A DNA stretch of 64,000 bases from Felis catus (GCF_018350175.1 NC_058368.1:152026001-152090000), one strand, 5' to 3'. Positions 23,926 to 37,006 are shown, numbered from the stretch's first letter. Program-made: numbers and translations. The notes: a model not told the origin generated them from the sequence alone.

Positions 23926-25879
23926 GATAACTTCAGGTGATTTAACTTTCCCAGAGAAAACACAAAGCAAACATTTCCCCCCTACTCAAGAAAAAATTAA
24001 ATTAAATTAATGAACAGAGTGAAAATAGGGCTTTCAATTATATATTTATATATACACAGATTTATTCATTTACATTTATATATAATATACATTTATATAT
24101 AATTAATAGTGTTTTAAGCAAAAGTACACGTGAAAAGAAAAGTGTATTACTTTTTGATATTTGAGCACAAATTGTTGTTAGTGCTAACAAAAGATTTACT
24201 GACCTGATAGGAAATTACTAGCTAAAATCAAACCCACATAGAACCGTTGGCTACTCCTTGCTTTGTTTCATCCTATTCAAAGGCTCCCATAAATACTAAA
24301 TCTATATCTATTCATAGAACAATGAACTGCCAGCTTCTGCTCTAATGTACCACATTATCTACATTGACCAGATCGCTGCAGAATCTTGGCAAGGATTCCT
24401 TCTGTTAGAAAACTAATTCATTGCAGTGAGACACATATTTATGCTTTATTTATGTCTATTGGACAAAAGATTATTAAAAAGAATGGATGTTAAGATTACA
24501 TTAAAAGGTCTGACAGAAGGCAGAACTTCAGAGCGAAGACTCTGTCCTCCTTTAACTCAACCCAGTGCAACTCCTTGCGAACACAGCCTGCTCGTTCAGA
24601 GATCACACTGGTTGGGCAGGAGCAGAGGGTTAAAGACTGAGAGAAAAATATTGCCCTCCTTTTAAACAGGGTAATAAACAACCTTATTTTGTTTTGTTTC
24701 AACACATTGGTCGTGCTTCTGCTGTTCTAAAATCTGCCTGTGCCGCAAGGGTCCTGGAGGTAACCTGCTGCCGAAGAGGCAACAGGCTTGATTTGCATTG
24801 ACTCCAGGTGACCTCCCTGCAGGCAAAGCCCTGAGGACACCCTTCTGGAAGTACAGGTAGAGTTTAAAACACAGGTCCTGCCTGTACGATATTTTTAAAT
24901 TGGCAGAGTTAAGAGAAAGAGAAGCAAAAATTATTACCAACATGATTCATTTTCTCCCAAAGCGCCTCAAGAGTCTCCAGAAATATTTAGCAACACTCCC
25001 ACTGCATTTGTATTATTTAGATTTATTTTACTTGGAATAAAGTCATTTCTTTCCAACCCACATGTCCGAGGTTTCTCATTATCCTCAGAGCAGTCACATG
25101 ACAGATGGTAATGGCTTCTTCTGTGCTGAAAAATGTCAATTGTCACACTGTAGAGAGATTTTACATTGTGTTCAAAATCTGCTGAAGAGAATGGTGTCAG
25201 TCTTTCAAATATGGCAAAAGGCTTGACCCTACTATTTCATCTAAAGAGACAATACTCACAACTGAAAGTGATGTAGAAGGGATGGGACTGTATCTGAGAT
25301 ATTAGGGAAAATACGTTATTTTTCTTCTGATATTTGTGTGATTCATAAAAGAGCAGTGTGTATGGGGGAGGCCTTATTTTGTAGCTGTTGTTATTGTTTT
25401 TATATGTTTGATTGGGTAGTTGCTTGGGTTTTTATTTTCCTGAATTGTGTGCAAAATTATGCCTATAAACAGGAGGTATTTTAGATGAGGGTTATTCTAA
25501 CAAAGCACACACAGCAACTTTTTTTTCCCTGCAAATAACAAATCTCTAACAAGGACCCTAGCAAATGTCTTTGGGAGTGTACCTCTATAGACTTGTCACT
25601 TTTATTTAGTGGATAGTAGAATCACAATACATCTTAACCACTAAAGGAATGCTTGTAGAAATTAACTGAGACAAATCTAAAGTGTGAGATTCACTTGACA
25701 TCAATAGGAACATAGAAATAAACCCTACGGCTTTGGGTAAATATATCACCTGAGCTAGCCCTTAGTCTAAAGAGATAACTGATTTCACCATTCACTCACC
25801 TATTTCTAAAACTCAGATAATTCTGAAAGAATATTCCATTTAATCACATTCTTCCTGATTTAAGTTGAATAATTTAGTT

Positions 25880-26820
25880 CAATAAAAATTGCTTGAGCAT
25901 ATATTGAGCTCCAATGATACAAAAAAGAATAAGATAAAGATAGGTATGCAAGTCACTTTAATATAAATCAAGTACTATTTAAAGGTACAAGCAAAATGTT
26001 TTAGGATCAGAGGTGACAGGATGATTAGGAAAGCTTTCATATAAAAATAAGATTTTTACCTGAATCTTAAAATATAAGTGTGGTTTCACCAGATGGAGTT
26101 AGTAGATACGGAAGATCATTTTAAGTAGTGGTAAGAGTGTGAAGGTGTCAAAGTGTATGGAATATTTGGAAATATTTGGAAAATGTAAGTGATTTCTAAT
26201 ATGACATAAGAGATATGATGTGGATGAGAAGCCAGAAAAATTGACTCAACAATTGTGAAGAGATCTGATTTCATTTTATAAGCAAGGAAAATCTATCAAA
26301 GGTGTTTGTTGGGTACTCATGGGTTTGTTTGTTTGTTTGTTTTAAGCAAAATCATCTTGGTATTGGGGGAAATAACCAAAAGAAAATATCAATTTGAGGG
26401 GAGAGACACTGGGTTGAATGGCCAGTTAAAGGGATTTTTATCATTTTCTATAACAGATAAGGGCCTGGATTAGAGGAATTATTATGTAAATAGAAAGACA
26501 AGATTAGAGGTAAAAAAAAGAGAATATAAAACTAATTGGATATGACATTTGAGAAAGAATGAATCGGAATTTTTTTTAAAAAAGGTTTATAGGTAGCAAG
26601 AAATATAACAAAAAGCACTAATGTAGAAGCAGTATTCAGAGCAGTGAATGTGTTTGGGGATATTTTGGAGTTGAGAGACCCAAGGCAGAAAATGTTGACA
26701 ATGTTAAAACTACATACTGCTTTTGTCTCTATGAGTGAGTTGGGGATTTAGAGTTGGGGGTTGTGAACCTAACTGACAGTGAAGGCATGGGGGCAGATGA
26801 GGTCCTTAGAAAGGAGATGA
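25880..26820 (-). mobile_element. Decayed L2
   Basis: ttcaataaaaattgcttgagcat start followed by purine-rich antisense L2-like text. Confidence 0.5.
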
Positions 26821-27679
26821 AATAAGTCAACACTTGCAGGAGCTGGGCTGGGCTGAGGAGTGGCTGGCTCCTCACCAGTGCATAGGGTCAGTACTCCCCA
26901 CAGGCCTACCTACACAGGGCATACCCTGTGTCCTCAGGCCATTGCTGGCTTCTCAGTCCATTTCGCAGGCAAATCCCTGCAGATTATATGGCACGCAGTC
27001 TTTGGTAAAAACCTCAGGTCCAAATGAAGTTTATATCAATAAACTGAGACTATAAATAGAAGGTAGATCATTCCCCCTTAGCAATTGGGTTCAATTTTAT
27101 CCCTGAAAATTATATTTATATATGCTCTGAGTTTTATCATTGAATTTAGCATGTAAAATCTTTGCAATTTATGTACTTTGCTCATCAAATTATATATGGT
27201 ATTGTTTCTATTGAAAATAAATAAAAGCATTTCATATTTTTTAACAAATAATGATACCTTAAGACTAATATTTACTTAAGTCATTCTTACTTCCACATAC
27301 ACTATAGATAGCTCTAAAAGCTGGTGAGAAATCTGTCTATATGCTTTACTCTTTGGCACCATTTTCCAGTGTTCGCTGTTGATAACTTCTTCAGAATTAG
27401 ATTACCACTTTGGTTTAGCACATTACCTACTTAAGAAGCTCAACTGTGTTTCACTATATTTCTTCTTGGCTTGGGGAATATTCAGTATAGACATTAAATT
27501 CAAGATTTTCTTTCCCAGACATCCAGATGAAAAAATGGGGGAAAAATCAGTATAAAATTTTAAGCAATGTTTAAGTCAATTTTTTATAATTTAATATACA
27601 ATCATTAACATATAATACCATGTCTAGCTGTTCCTTGCAGTAATTCTAAACATTATATTTAGAATGCTAAATACTATCA

Positions 27680-27897
27680 GGAGAGCCTGGGTGGCTCAGT
27701 CAGTTGAGCGTCCGACTTCAGCTCAGGTCATGATCTCAGAGTCCGTGAGTTTGAGCCCCACGTCAGGCTCTGTGCTGACGCTCAGAGCCTGGAGCCTGCT
27801 TCGGATTCTGTGTGTGTGTCTCTCTCTCTGCCTCTAACCCAGTCATGCTCTGTCTCTCTCTGTCTCAAAAATAAATAAAAACATTAAAAATTTTTTT
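27680..27897 (+). mobile_element. Can-SINE (SINEC_Fc)
   Basis: Typical head, body and tail; TSD tagaatgctaaatactatc / tagaaggcaaaatactatc. Confidence 0.94.
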
Positions 27898-28270
27898 AGA
27901 AGGCAAAATACTATCTTTCTTACTTTTGTGGGTGATATGGGGAGTAGGAAAGCAAGGAGTGATGCATGAATAGATAAAACAAACAGACACAGAGAAACCT
28001 CTGTGGTTTGTGATATGTGTTGTAAGAGAGATTTTTAAAAAGCTTCCTACGATATTTCTTCTAATGAAAAAATTATATTCCAAAGGGGCAAGCATAAATT
28101 GTAAGAAAGGTAAGATAGTTTGTTGTGGAAACAAAGAATAAATACTAAAAACCAGGAGGGGCCTTTTTAGAGCATTTAGTGTGCTACTGTGTAGCCAAAT
28201 CTCTGAGACAGAGAAGGGACTCAGCCCCTCTCACACTGGCATAAGGGAAAGTACTAGGGATAGTAGGCAC

Positions 28271-28652
28271 TGTTGGTAATCTACTCAGATTCCACAGTTA
28301 TTGGAGCTGCTTTGCCAGCAAGGAAAAGAAGTTTCTGGGAATTTATATCGCCATTTCTTCCCTACCGCACCCCCGCCCCCATGACTGATTGGTGCCAGGG
28401 TATGAGAACCCAGCTCCTTTGCTGTTAGTATCCCGATGGTTCTGTGCAGTTTAGACTCGAGCTCCCCTGGGAGAATCAGGCTGAGCTTTGCCTGCTGGAC
28501 ATTACTTATAAATTCTCACTTCGATTCTTACTCTTCTCTGTCTTGCTCCCCTCTCTCCCTTACTGGATTTCCCTGGGAACTCTGCCTTAATACATCCCAT
28601 TGCACACAAATCCTTGTCTGAGGATCAGTTCTGGGAATAAGGCTGAAAAGAT
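28271..28652 (+). mobile_element. LTR16-like (ERVL) solo LTR
   Basis: ttctgggaatttata...ttccctgggaac...ccttaatacatc...tgcacacaaatccttgtctgaggatc...ttctgggaa motifs. Confidence 0.65.
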
Positions 28653-29274
28653 ATCCAGAATCATACCATGGAGTACCTTGAATGCCAGCCTATGGTTAAC
28701 TGAAATTGGTTATCTTCCAGGTATTTGGCATAGTTTAGACATTGTCCTTTTTCGGCAGGTTAATCCTAAATAGAAACAGGCTGCCTCTACCACGGGGAAG
28801 TTGGGGGTAGGGGGGAGACAAGAGGATTAATAAGGCCCACATACCAGAAATTAACCTAAAATCTGTTAAATATGGAATATCTACTCTCCTGTCTTTTCAA
28901 AGGTTGTTTAATATTGTAAAGTTGTCTACATTTGCTAGTTTAGAATTACAAATTGAAGTACAAAGAGAAGCAAGAAAATGGATGCTTGAAGCAACTGGGA
29001 AACAATACATTATTATGTAAGAATCTTTTCTTACCTTAGGTAACACCCAGTCAAACCCTTTCACATTCTAACTCTTGGGCAGTGATACCAGAACAACCCT
29101 TTGTATCATTTGGACACAGTTACCTTTTATTTAAAAGGGGGGAGGGGGGCAAAAAATGTGGAAAAGCATTTTCTCAGGCCCTAAACTATGCTCGTCATGA
29201 ATAAATGTTTAGGGATATCTAAACATCAGTACCACCACTAAATGCCCAATCCCAGGACCCACGTTCCTTAATAA

Positions 29275-29276
<2 letters not shown>

Positions 29277-29355
<79 letters not shown>
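29277..29355. repeat. (TG)n(AG)n compound microsatellite
   Basis: Direct inspection. Confidence 0.97.
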
Positions 29356-29357
<2 letters not shown>

Positions 29358-32325
29358 TTACAATCAGTGGGGCATTCTAAAACATAGGGCCAGGGCCTCA
29401 CTTGCTGAGGTCTAGGGTTATACTAAACAGCAAAATGCTGTTTCAACTTTAATTTATGAGCACCATGTCCATGGGAAAATATGCTGAAACAGTTCTTTTT
29501 GAAGGTTGAAAAAGTGAAAACTATATACACAAAGGAATAAAGGTTAGATAATGTTTCAATATAAGATACAAACTGATATGCATGGTTTTGTAAGTTAAAA
29601 TGCATTTTACCAGCTCCACTCTTTCATAAGAAAAAAACTTACATTGAAATACATCCCAGAATATGTAAGTCACATACAATTTCAATAAACCTCTATTTAT
29701 ACATTGCAAACAACAAAAAATACATTATACATTGCAAACAACAAAAAAGACATATTTTCCTTTTTTTCTTCTAAGAATTCCTCACAATAGACATCATCTA
29801 ATGCCAGTAGACCATTGTTTACTTAGTGGTATTGAAGAACAGAATTTCAAAAATATTCTTCAAGAGGTATTTATAATAAAAAGTACTTTGATTCAGTAAT
29901 GCACAGTAAGGTTAAGCTAGTGCCCCTTAAAGGATGTTTTATCCTAGAAAAGGACATCATTTCAAATAACATAGAATATAACTTATGTGTTGTAATCCAA
30001 AAATGTAAGCTACGTGACAGAGTGGAAAAGAATAAAACACAGAGTTTGGAGTCACCAGCTATTGCCCCAAGAAGGTCAGTAAAGCATTTAACTCTGACGT
30101 GAACCCACACACTTAATCTCACCTCTTTGGCAAGTCCACCACGTAAAAAAAGCATATGTTGCTATTACTGAATCACGAGAGCAAACACTTAACACTCACT
30201 TGTTGAATAAATGAATAAATAAATGATCAATCTATTTTGACCTCTGTTTCCAGACTTGCAGAATGAGGAAGCTTACATTACTATTGGATGATTGGTTGCG
30301 TCTGTATACATTTGATCCAGGTTTGGGAATAATTCAATGAAAATAGGAACTCATTACACTAGCCAACATCACAGTTTGAGATGGTTTGTATCTCTTATAG
30401 TTTTCTAACCAGCAGTATCCAGACTCAAAATAAACTACCTGCAGTGCTATGGTTAATGGTAACTTTGAGTGGGATGTGACAATAGAATTCTAGGTAATTA
30501 ATCTGTATTCCCTTTACTATTTCTCAAATATTTGTTACACTGCAATGCATTTACACTCCTGATTCAGAACTTCCAGTTCTACTTCTACTGTGGGGGGGGT
30601 GGTGGAGTGCATAAGCTATCTTGGGATTTGCAAAACGCCGTGCATCTTGTGCCTGTACAAATCATAAGACTCTTTGTCTGAACCTCGTGTTACTTGCATG
30701 GGAAAGCATGAGTAAGTTCTTCTCTGAAGTTTCAAAGAAACGTTAACGTGCATATGTTTGAGAGGAAATGAGCCATGAATTACAGAACTTCCCAGCATGC
30801 AGTCTTGTCCAGTCTTGGCTCTCAATTCCTTCTAAAATTCTTTGCTTCCCTGAAATACATGTCATGTGCAGGTTTTGTTCATGGCCAAGCAAAGGTTTTC
30901 CACCGCTTTACAATGGTTTGCACTGGCTTCAAACAAAATTGCCTGTGTCAGGGTAGAGATTCAAAAAAATGTTTATGCTGATATGACTCAAGCTCAGGCA
31001 GAATTTCTTATTTCCTTTCAAATGTGTTTTTCAAAACCCAGGGCATATGTTCTGCCTGAAAGTTATTTGTGACAATAACTTAGAATTTCCTCTAACCTAA
31101 TATACCAGCTTCAAAATTAATTATGGAACCATTTTAAGTGCAGGTAGAGAGCTCCAAAGCTATTGCCTATATATGGACAGTCTTACAGCACAAAAGAGCA
31201 ATACCTATGATTGGCAGAAAAATTGGTAACAATGGTTTTTAAGGAAATGCATTCTTGCCATTTGGTCAAAAGATAGACATTTAGAATAGTAAGGTTTGAC
31301 AATCATATAAGAAGAAGAAATAGAATAATAAAATTTAAGATTTGGCAAATGTGAAATGTTTTTAAAGTCTGCACTTTCTTCATGGGGAAAAAAGTGTTTC
31401 TTCTTGCTTACATATTTTTTTAGGTTTAAACATGTTATCTCAAATACTTCAATAAGTTTGCAACTTTGAAATCAGTTCAAACTTAATAAATGCCTATCAG
31501 TGTGGAATGTATTGGAAAGACAAGGCAATATTCTTTACGTTTCTTTCAATATCTCAAAATGTAACTGGAAAGACAAGATAGATCCGTATGTATTAGTTTA
31601 TACTTGAGATAATTACAAACAGAATTGGAGGAGTGTTCTAGGCTCCCCACTTACATATCAGAGTTCTGTTAAGGCACCAGAGCTAAATTTCCTTGTCAAT
31701 TCATAATGAGCATCCAGCCATGACATCCTATATATTAACTTAGAAAGCTTTTTGCCTTTCCCTAGTTGTTAGCCAGGCAAGATATAATTTGAAATTCATC
31801 TGACCATATCAGAAGAAACCAAGAATTCGAGGTTAGTCTAGAAACCTAGATCTGTCAGTATTTATAGATGGATCGTTACCAGATGGCAAGATTCACTAGA
31901 AGAAAATATAAACTACTCCCAGGATAAGGTAGTTGAATGTAGTGGCAAGGTGTTATCTGGCTCTCCCCACTTCTCCTACTTTTTGGTCATGGGATGTGGG
32001 CATTTATACTGTCCAACTGTGAAAGGGATGAGATCTAGGAAAGGACATGTGATGGTAGTCTATAGGAAAGATCTCAGATCTCAGAATATGAGACTTTAAA
32101 TGATGATATCCTTAATGAACAATGTATTTCTAAAGACGAAAAGGAAATAGGGTATTCTCATTCAGTTAGTCATTCAAAAGACAGGACTTCATCGTGTAAC
32201 ACTTGGAACAAAAATCTGAAGTATCTAGTTTAGCTAAGAAGAAATATGACAGTAAGCTTTCATCAGTTCTGATGCTTGAATGCCAAAATTTATTTGACTC
32301 AAAGAGGTTTGGTTTTATTCAAATT

Positions 32326-32562
32326 CTTTTTTTTTTTTAATTTTTTTTTTCAACGTTTATTTATTTTTGGGACAGAGAGAGACAGAGCATGAACGGGGGA
32401 GGGGCAGAGAGAGAGGGAGACACAGAATCGGAAACAGGCTCCAGGCTCTGAGCCATCAGCCCAGAGCCCGACGCGGGGCTCGAACTCACGGACCTCACGG
32501 ACCGCGAGATCGTGACCTGGCTGAAGTCGGACGCTTAACCGACTGCGCCACCCAGGCGCCCC
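32326..32562 (-). mobile_element. Very young Can-SINE (SINEC_Fc)
   Basis: CpGs intact; perfect 17-bp TSD gttttattcaaattctt (32312-32328 / 32564-32580). Confidence 0.97.
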
Positions 32563-33145
32563 TGTTTTATTCAAATTCTTATTAAAACCTCTAATAAAGT
32601 TGTCTTTCACTTTTTCCTCTATTTTTCATAAAATGACATAATAAATAAATAAACTAAGAGGGTCAATTGGACACACATGGTAAATTATAATGACAGGTGA
32701 AGGACAATTATATTACTGATACATACAATTCTTCAAAGTTTTAACAAGGCTGGCATTTCTTTCAAAGTGACTGCCAGGTTTTGGTTTGTTGGGAAAATAA
32801 GGAGAGCAAACTGCAACTTTAATAACCTTACATCTCACATAGCCACGAATACTGCAATGGAGACAAAAATGATGCTATTTAACATATATGGGAAAGAATG
32901 AAAAGGAGAACTAGTATGGGATGGGCAGGGGAATGAAGAAATGTGGAAGCAGTGAACCTGATCTTATTTTTGACACATCGTCCACTGTAATGGAAGTATA
33001 ATAAATTACATAAGATTTTGATATTTCAAGCAGATATTTGAAAGACACTGGAGATTTATGTGCTGAGCCAGGCCATCCGTATATACAAGGATCTCATCAT
33101 AAAAGGAATGCTTGAAATTGAGAGAAGCAACTTCAGCAAGACGGG

Positions 33146-33460
33146 CAGTAGTGTCCTAGACCTGGCTTGGACAAGCTTGTGAGGACAACTGTTGAATTTT
33201 CAGAAATTTTCCAGTTGATTGTCGAGACAGCCAGTATTAAAAATTAAATAATAGAAACATAGTTAAATGAATTATATTATAAACAAAGGTATTAAATATT
33301 CAAAATTCATCACTTCCTAATTATTTTCCTTTTTTATTATCTATTCTCTTGAGGTTATTTACATCTATTATACATTGTATGTTTGCAATATCCAGTACAA
33401 ATGACAGTGTGCGCTCTTTGCAATTCCTCACTTACTGACATCAAGTTGGTAGCTTAAAGC
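33146..33460 (+). mobile_element. MER63-like hAT DNA transposon fragment
   Basis: cagtagtgt...tattaaaaattaaat...aaacaaaggta...catcacttcctaattatttt...ctcttgaggttatttac closely follows the recalled MER63B/D consensus. Confidence 0.75.
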
Positions 33461-34271
33461 TCATTTTTATGAGAGACTATTTGTAAGATTTCCGAATTAT
33501 TTGAAAAAGTAATCCTGAGTTAGAATGAGATCTTTATAGTGAAAGAGGATCCATGTTACAATTAAACTGCTTTGCAATAGTTTCTGGCTAGACTTAATGG
33601 TAAAAAGTGAGGCCTCCTACCAATGGTGATTGAAAATCAAAGCCTAGAAGTAGCTGCATTTCACTTGATTACTATTAAAGGGCCAATAGACTGTTTTCCT
33701 TTCATTAAGGGAGGTAATGTTCCTGAGGAATTAATGAGTTTCTTCATCAGTTCTTGGGGTGCTCATAAAGTTCCCTTGAAACAACTCATCAAATGGTCAT
33801 TTATACCCACTCTAGAACAAGTATGGCAGGAACCTACAGAAATTATCCTTTCTTTTTTTTCCCACTTTCCCTAAGTCAACAACAGAGCAGGCCCAGTTTA
33901 GCTCCAAAAGGATCAGATTTTCAACCAAGCCGCAAAATTAAAACTTCTTCAAAATAATTAGAAAGGGTCCCATTTGCAAAAGTTATAAATGAAGTTCAAC
34001 ATTGTATGTTAGAAACCTTGTTAGAAAGGATGTCTCTTAACATGACAAGTACATGAATGAGAGAATCCTCACATTGTTTCCAAACCCTCAAAGGAACCCA
34101 GTGCCATTTCAGACCTGCATGACGCAAACAGGCTAACGGGTGGCAGGAAGGTGCTACAACGACCAGCCCCAGCACATTCTAGCACATTCCATTCTGTTTG
34201 CTTAAACTCCATTCGTGAAAGGCAAGAGAATCTCTCTCCAATCCTGCTGGCATGGACTTTTAGAGACATAC

Positions 34272-34332
34272 AGTTGAGAGTTAATCCAAGAATAAGAACA
34301 GCTAAAACATGAGGCAATCCTTCAGAAAAGAT
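34272..34332 (-). other. Candidate non-coding exon, 61 nt (alternative donor near 34073)
   Basis: Acceptor tatttattgttttcag|ATC at 34332; donor ACT|gtatgt at 34272 or AAT|gtgagg further downstream. Confidence 0.35.
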
Positions 34333-34593
34333 CTGAAAACAATAAATATATATAAATATATTTTTTCTCACCTCAGGAAAAGCTTCAAGTATTTTGAATA
34401 GGAAATCATAAAATTTAAGTTAAAGAGAAAACCCAGAACTTATTAGATTATCCAGGTTCTCTTGAAAGGACAACATGTACCAATAGGAAAAATAAAGATG
34501 AGAAAGCCTTCCAAACTCCAGAAGCCTTATTAGTTTGCAGCTGACTTTTCAAATGTTGTGGTTAAATTCCATGTATATGCACTCTTAGCCCGA

Positions 34594-34625
<32 letters not shown>

Positions 34626-35152
34626 TAGACGTCAGGACTTAAACAATGCCTTATGGGCCCTGGTTTTTTAAATAATGGAAAAAGTTAGGTGCAACCTAGT
34701 TTTCTTGTACCTCACAATGCTAACTAACTTGGTTGAGTTAGATAGTGTTATAGCAATAATTTATTTCTGGTGAACTCCTAACACCTATCAGATTCTTCTT
34801 TAACCAAAGCAACATAATCTTCCTCTTTAACCAAACTAAATCAAGCAAATCATAGAAAAAAGACAGTGCTTCCCCACCCCCCACCTCCCCCTTCACTCCT
34901 GCACTTCACTGCCTTTTTCAAGAATCTCTTCTAAGACTGAAAGTAAAGTTTATAATAATAATAATAATAATGAAAAAAAAACTTCCTTCATCTCAATCAG
35001 CAAGGCAGGTGCCAGGACTGTTGGGACTGTGACTTCAATATTGCCCTCCCTCCGCCCCACATCTCCCCACTCTCTTTACCTCCCCCTGCCTCCAACACCC
35101 ACCACACCAAAAAAAAAAAAAAAGGTAAAAATTAAAGAAGAATGTGTCTCAC

Positions 35153-35640
35153 CTGAGTGACTGCGAATTCCTGTGCTAGAATTGTTAGTATTTTACAAAA
35201 AAAGAAAGTTGGTCATTTTGAAATATAGAAAATGCAATCCTATTTAGAGCAACGGTGAAATCAGACATTGTGTGCTCACTGTGAAGTTTGCAACATTTGA
35301 CAAATTGTAATTCTGTTCTTCGCAAACTTCTAAACACTTCCTGCTAAGTGACAACAAGCTTCAGCAAGTTTCTACAAACCTTCTGCAGCTTCTTCATCTC
35401 ACTATAAAGAACAGATGCCGTTTAGGGGCTGCTGTGAGCTCTTCTGTTCTCTGTACAATATGTACACGTACAAAAAGGAATTCACATTCGATGAAAATGT
35501 GATAGCCAAGGCCTCCAGAAAGCTTTAGCAGTAAGTGCACAGCACTCCAACAGCTGGCCTAAATCAAGGGCCCTCTGTCAATCACTGGGAAATGTGACAG
35601 ACTTGTAACTTTGTGGCAAAAGCGGCAAAATTTACAGTTT
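35153..35640 (-). promoter_or_regulatory. Candidate first/non-coding exon and non-CpG-island promoter region
   Basis: Strong donor CAG|gtgaga at 35153; repeat-free complex sequence with scattered CpGs; G-runs in the downstream intron. The 5' boundary cannot be determined. Confidence 0.4.
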
Positions 35641-36619
35641 TAGAGAATCACATCAATAACAAAATAATTTGTGTTGTTAAAATATACAGAGATGCTCCAA
35701 ATTGTTTTCTAACAAGTTTAATGAAAGTGAATGTATATTTTCATATTTAATATTAGAAAAACTAAAAAAGTAGGTAAATAAATATAGTTCTAGTCATTTT
35801 CATTTAAATCATTAGAGAAAAACATACATGACGCTATTTCTTACCCTGAGAATTAATGCCAATAAATTCAAGTTATCAAAAAAAGAACTAATGCATTTTG
35901 GGAAATTCAAGGAGTTTACTGTGTACTTGACCTTCAAGTTTATTTTTTAGTAAATTCATTCCCCCTAAATATAAATCTACTAACAGAGTTCAAAAACAGA
36001 TATTTGCCAGTACAAAAATTTGTTTTACAAAATTTTTTATAAATGCTATTGTGCAATTTCAAATTTTATCCAATGTCCTTGTAAACAAGGTTTCTGTCAG
36101 ACTTTGTGTTCAATTCAATAAAACAAAAATCATTCCTAGTCTATAACAGTGCTTCCCAGACATTCGTGTTCTTAAGACCTTGATCTTAAGATTCATCTGT
36201 GATTCTTGTCAAAAGTAGCAATTACTAGGCATTTCCCCTAGAAACTCAAAGCAGTAGATTTGGATTGGGGATCCCTAGACAATACTTAGAATCAGACAAG
36301 TTTGTCACACAGTAATCTTTAAAAAAAAGATTGAGAAAACAGTTTTCTAAGACATTTATCTATATACAATTCTAATAATTTTTAGCAGTTTAACTTAAGG
36401 ACAACTAAGAGAAAACAAATACATAAATAAAAAAGGCAAAAAATTAAAATAAAATTGCAATGTTATAGTAACTGAAATATTTCCATACCTATTTCTTTAA
36501 GCAAGAAATAAAAAAGAATGAGGAATTTGCAAATCAAGTCAAAAACAGGGGGAAAATATAGTCTTTATTAAACATACATATCACTTATGTTTATCAGGTA
36601 ACTGTTGACACAAGATGTT

Positions 36620-37006
36620 CCATATATGTATTATATATATACATTCACATATATATGCACATAGACATATACACAATATATAATACATATATTAGTATAT
36701 ATATATATATACACATAATACATATATATGGCACATCTTATACCAGAACTACTATTTTATATACATACATGTATATATGTATACACACACTATATGATTG
36801 TGTGTATATATATTATCACATATTATCATACACTATCATATGGTGTACATATATATATACTAGTTTATCATTAAACTATATATACTATATATATACTATA
36901 TATATATACTATATATATAGATAGATTAGTATATACTATATATACATATATACATTATATATATGTATATACATATATATATATAATCACATATGATATA
37001 TCTTAA

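Noticed and set aside
34069..34371. 100-aa minus-strand ORF (MRKNIFIY...)
   Set aside because: Starts at a GTG that is a splice-donor motif, crosses an AT-rich intron-like tract, and shows no recognisable homology.
35238..35250. MEF2 site ctatttagag
   Set aside because: Does not fit the YTA(A/T)4TAR consensus.
761..35400. Assigning a gene symbol to the exon chain
   Set aside because: No coding sequence to anchor identity, and I do not reliably recognise these UTR-like sequences.
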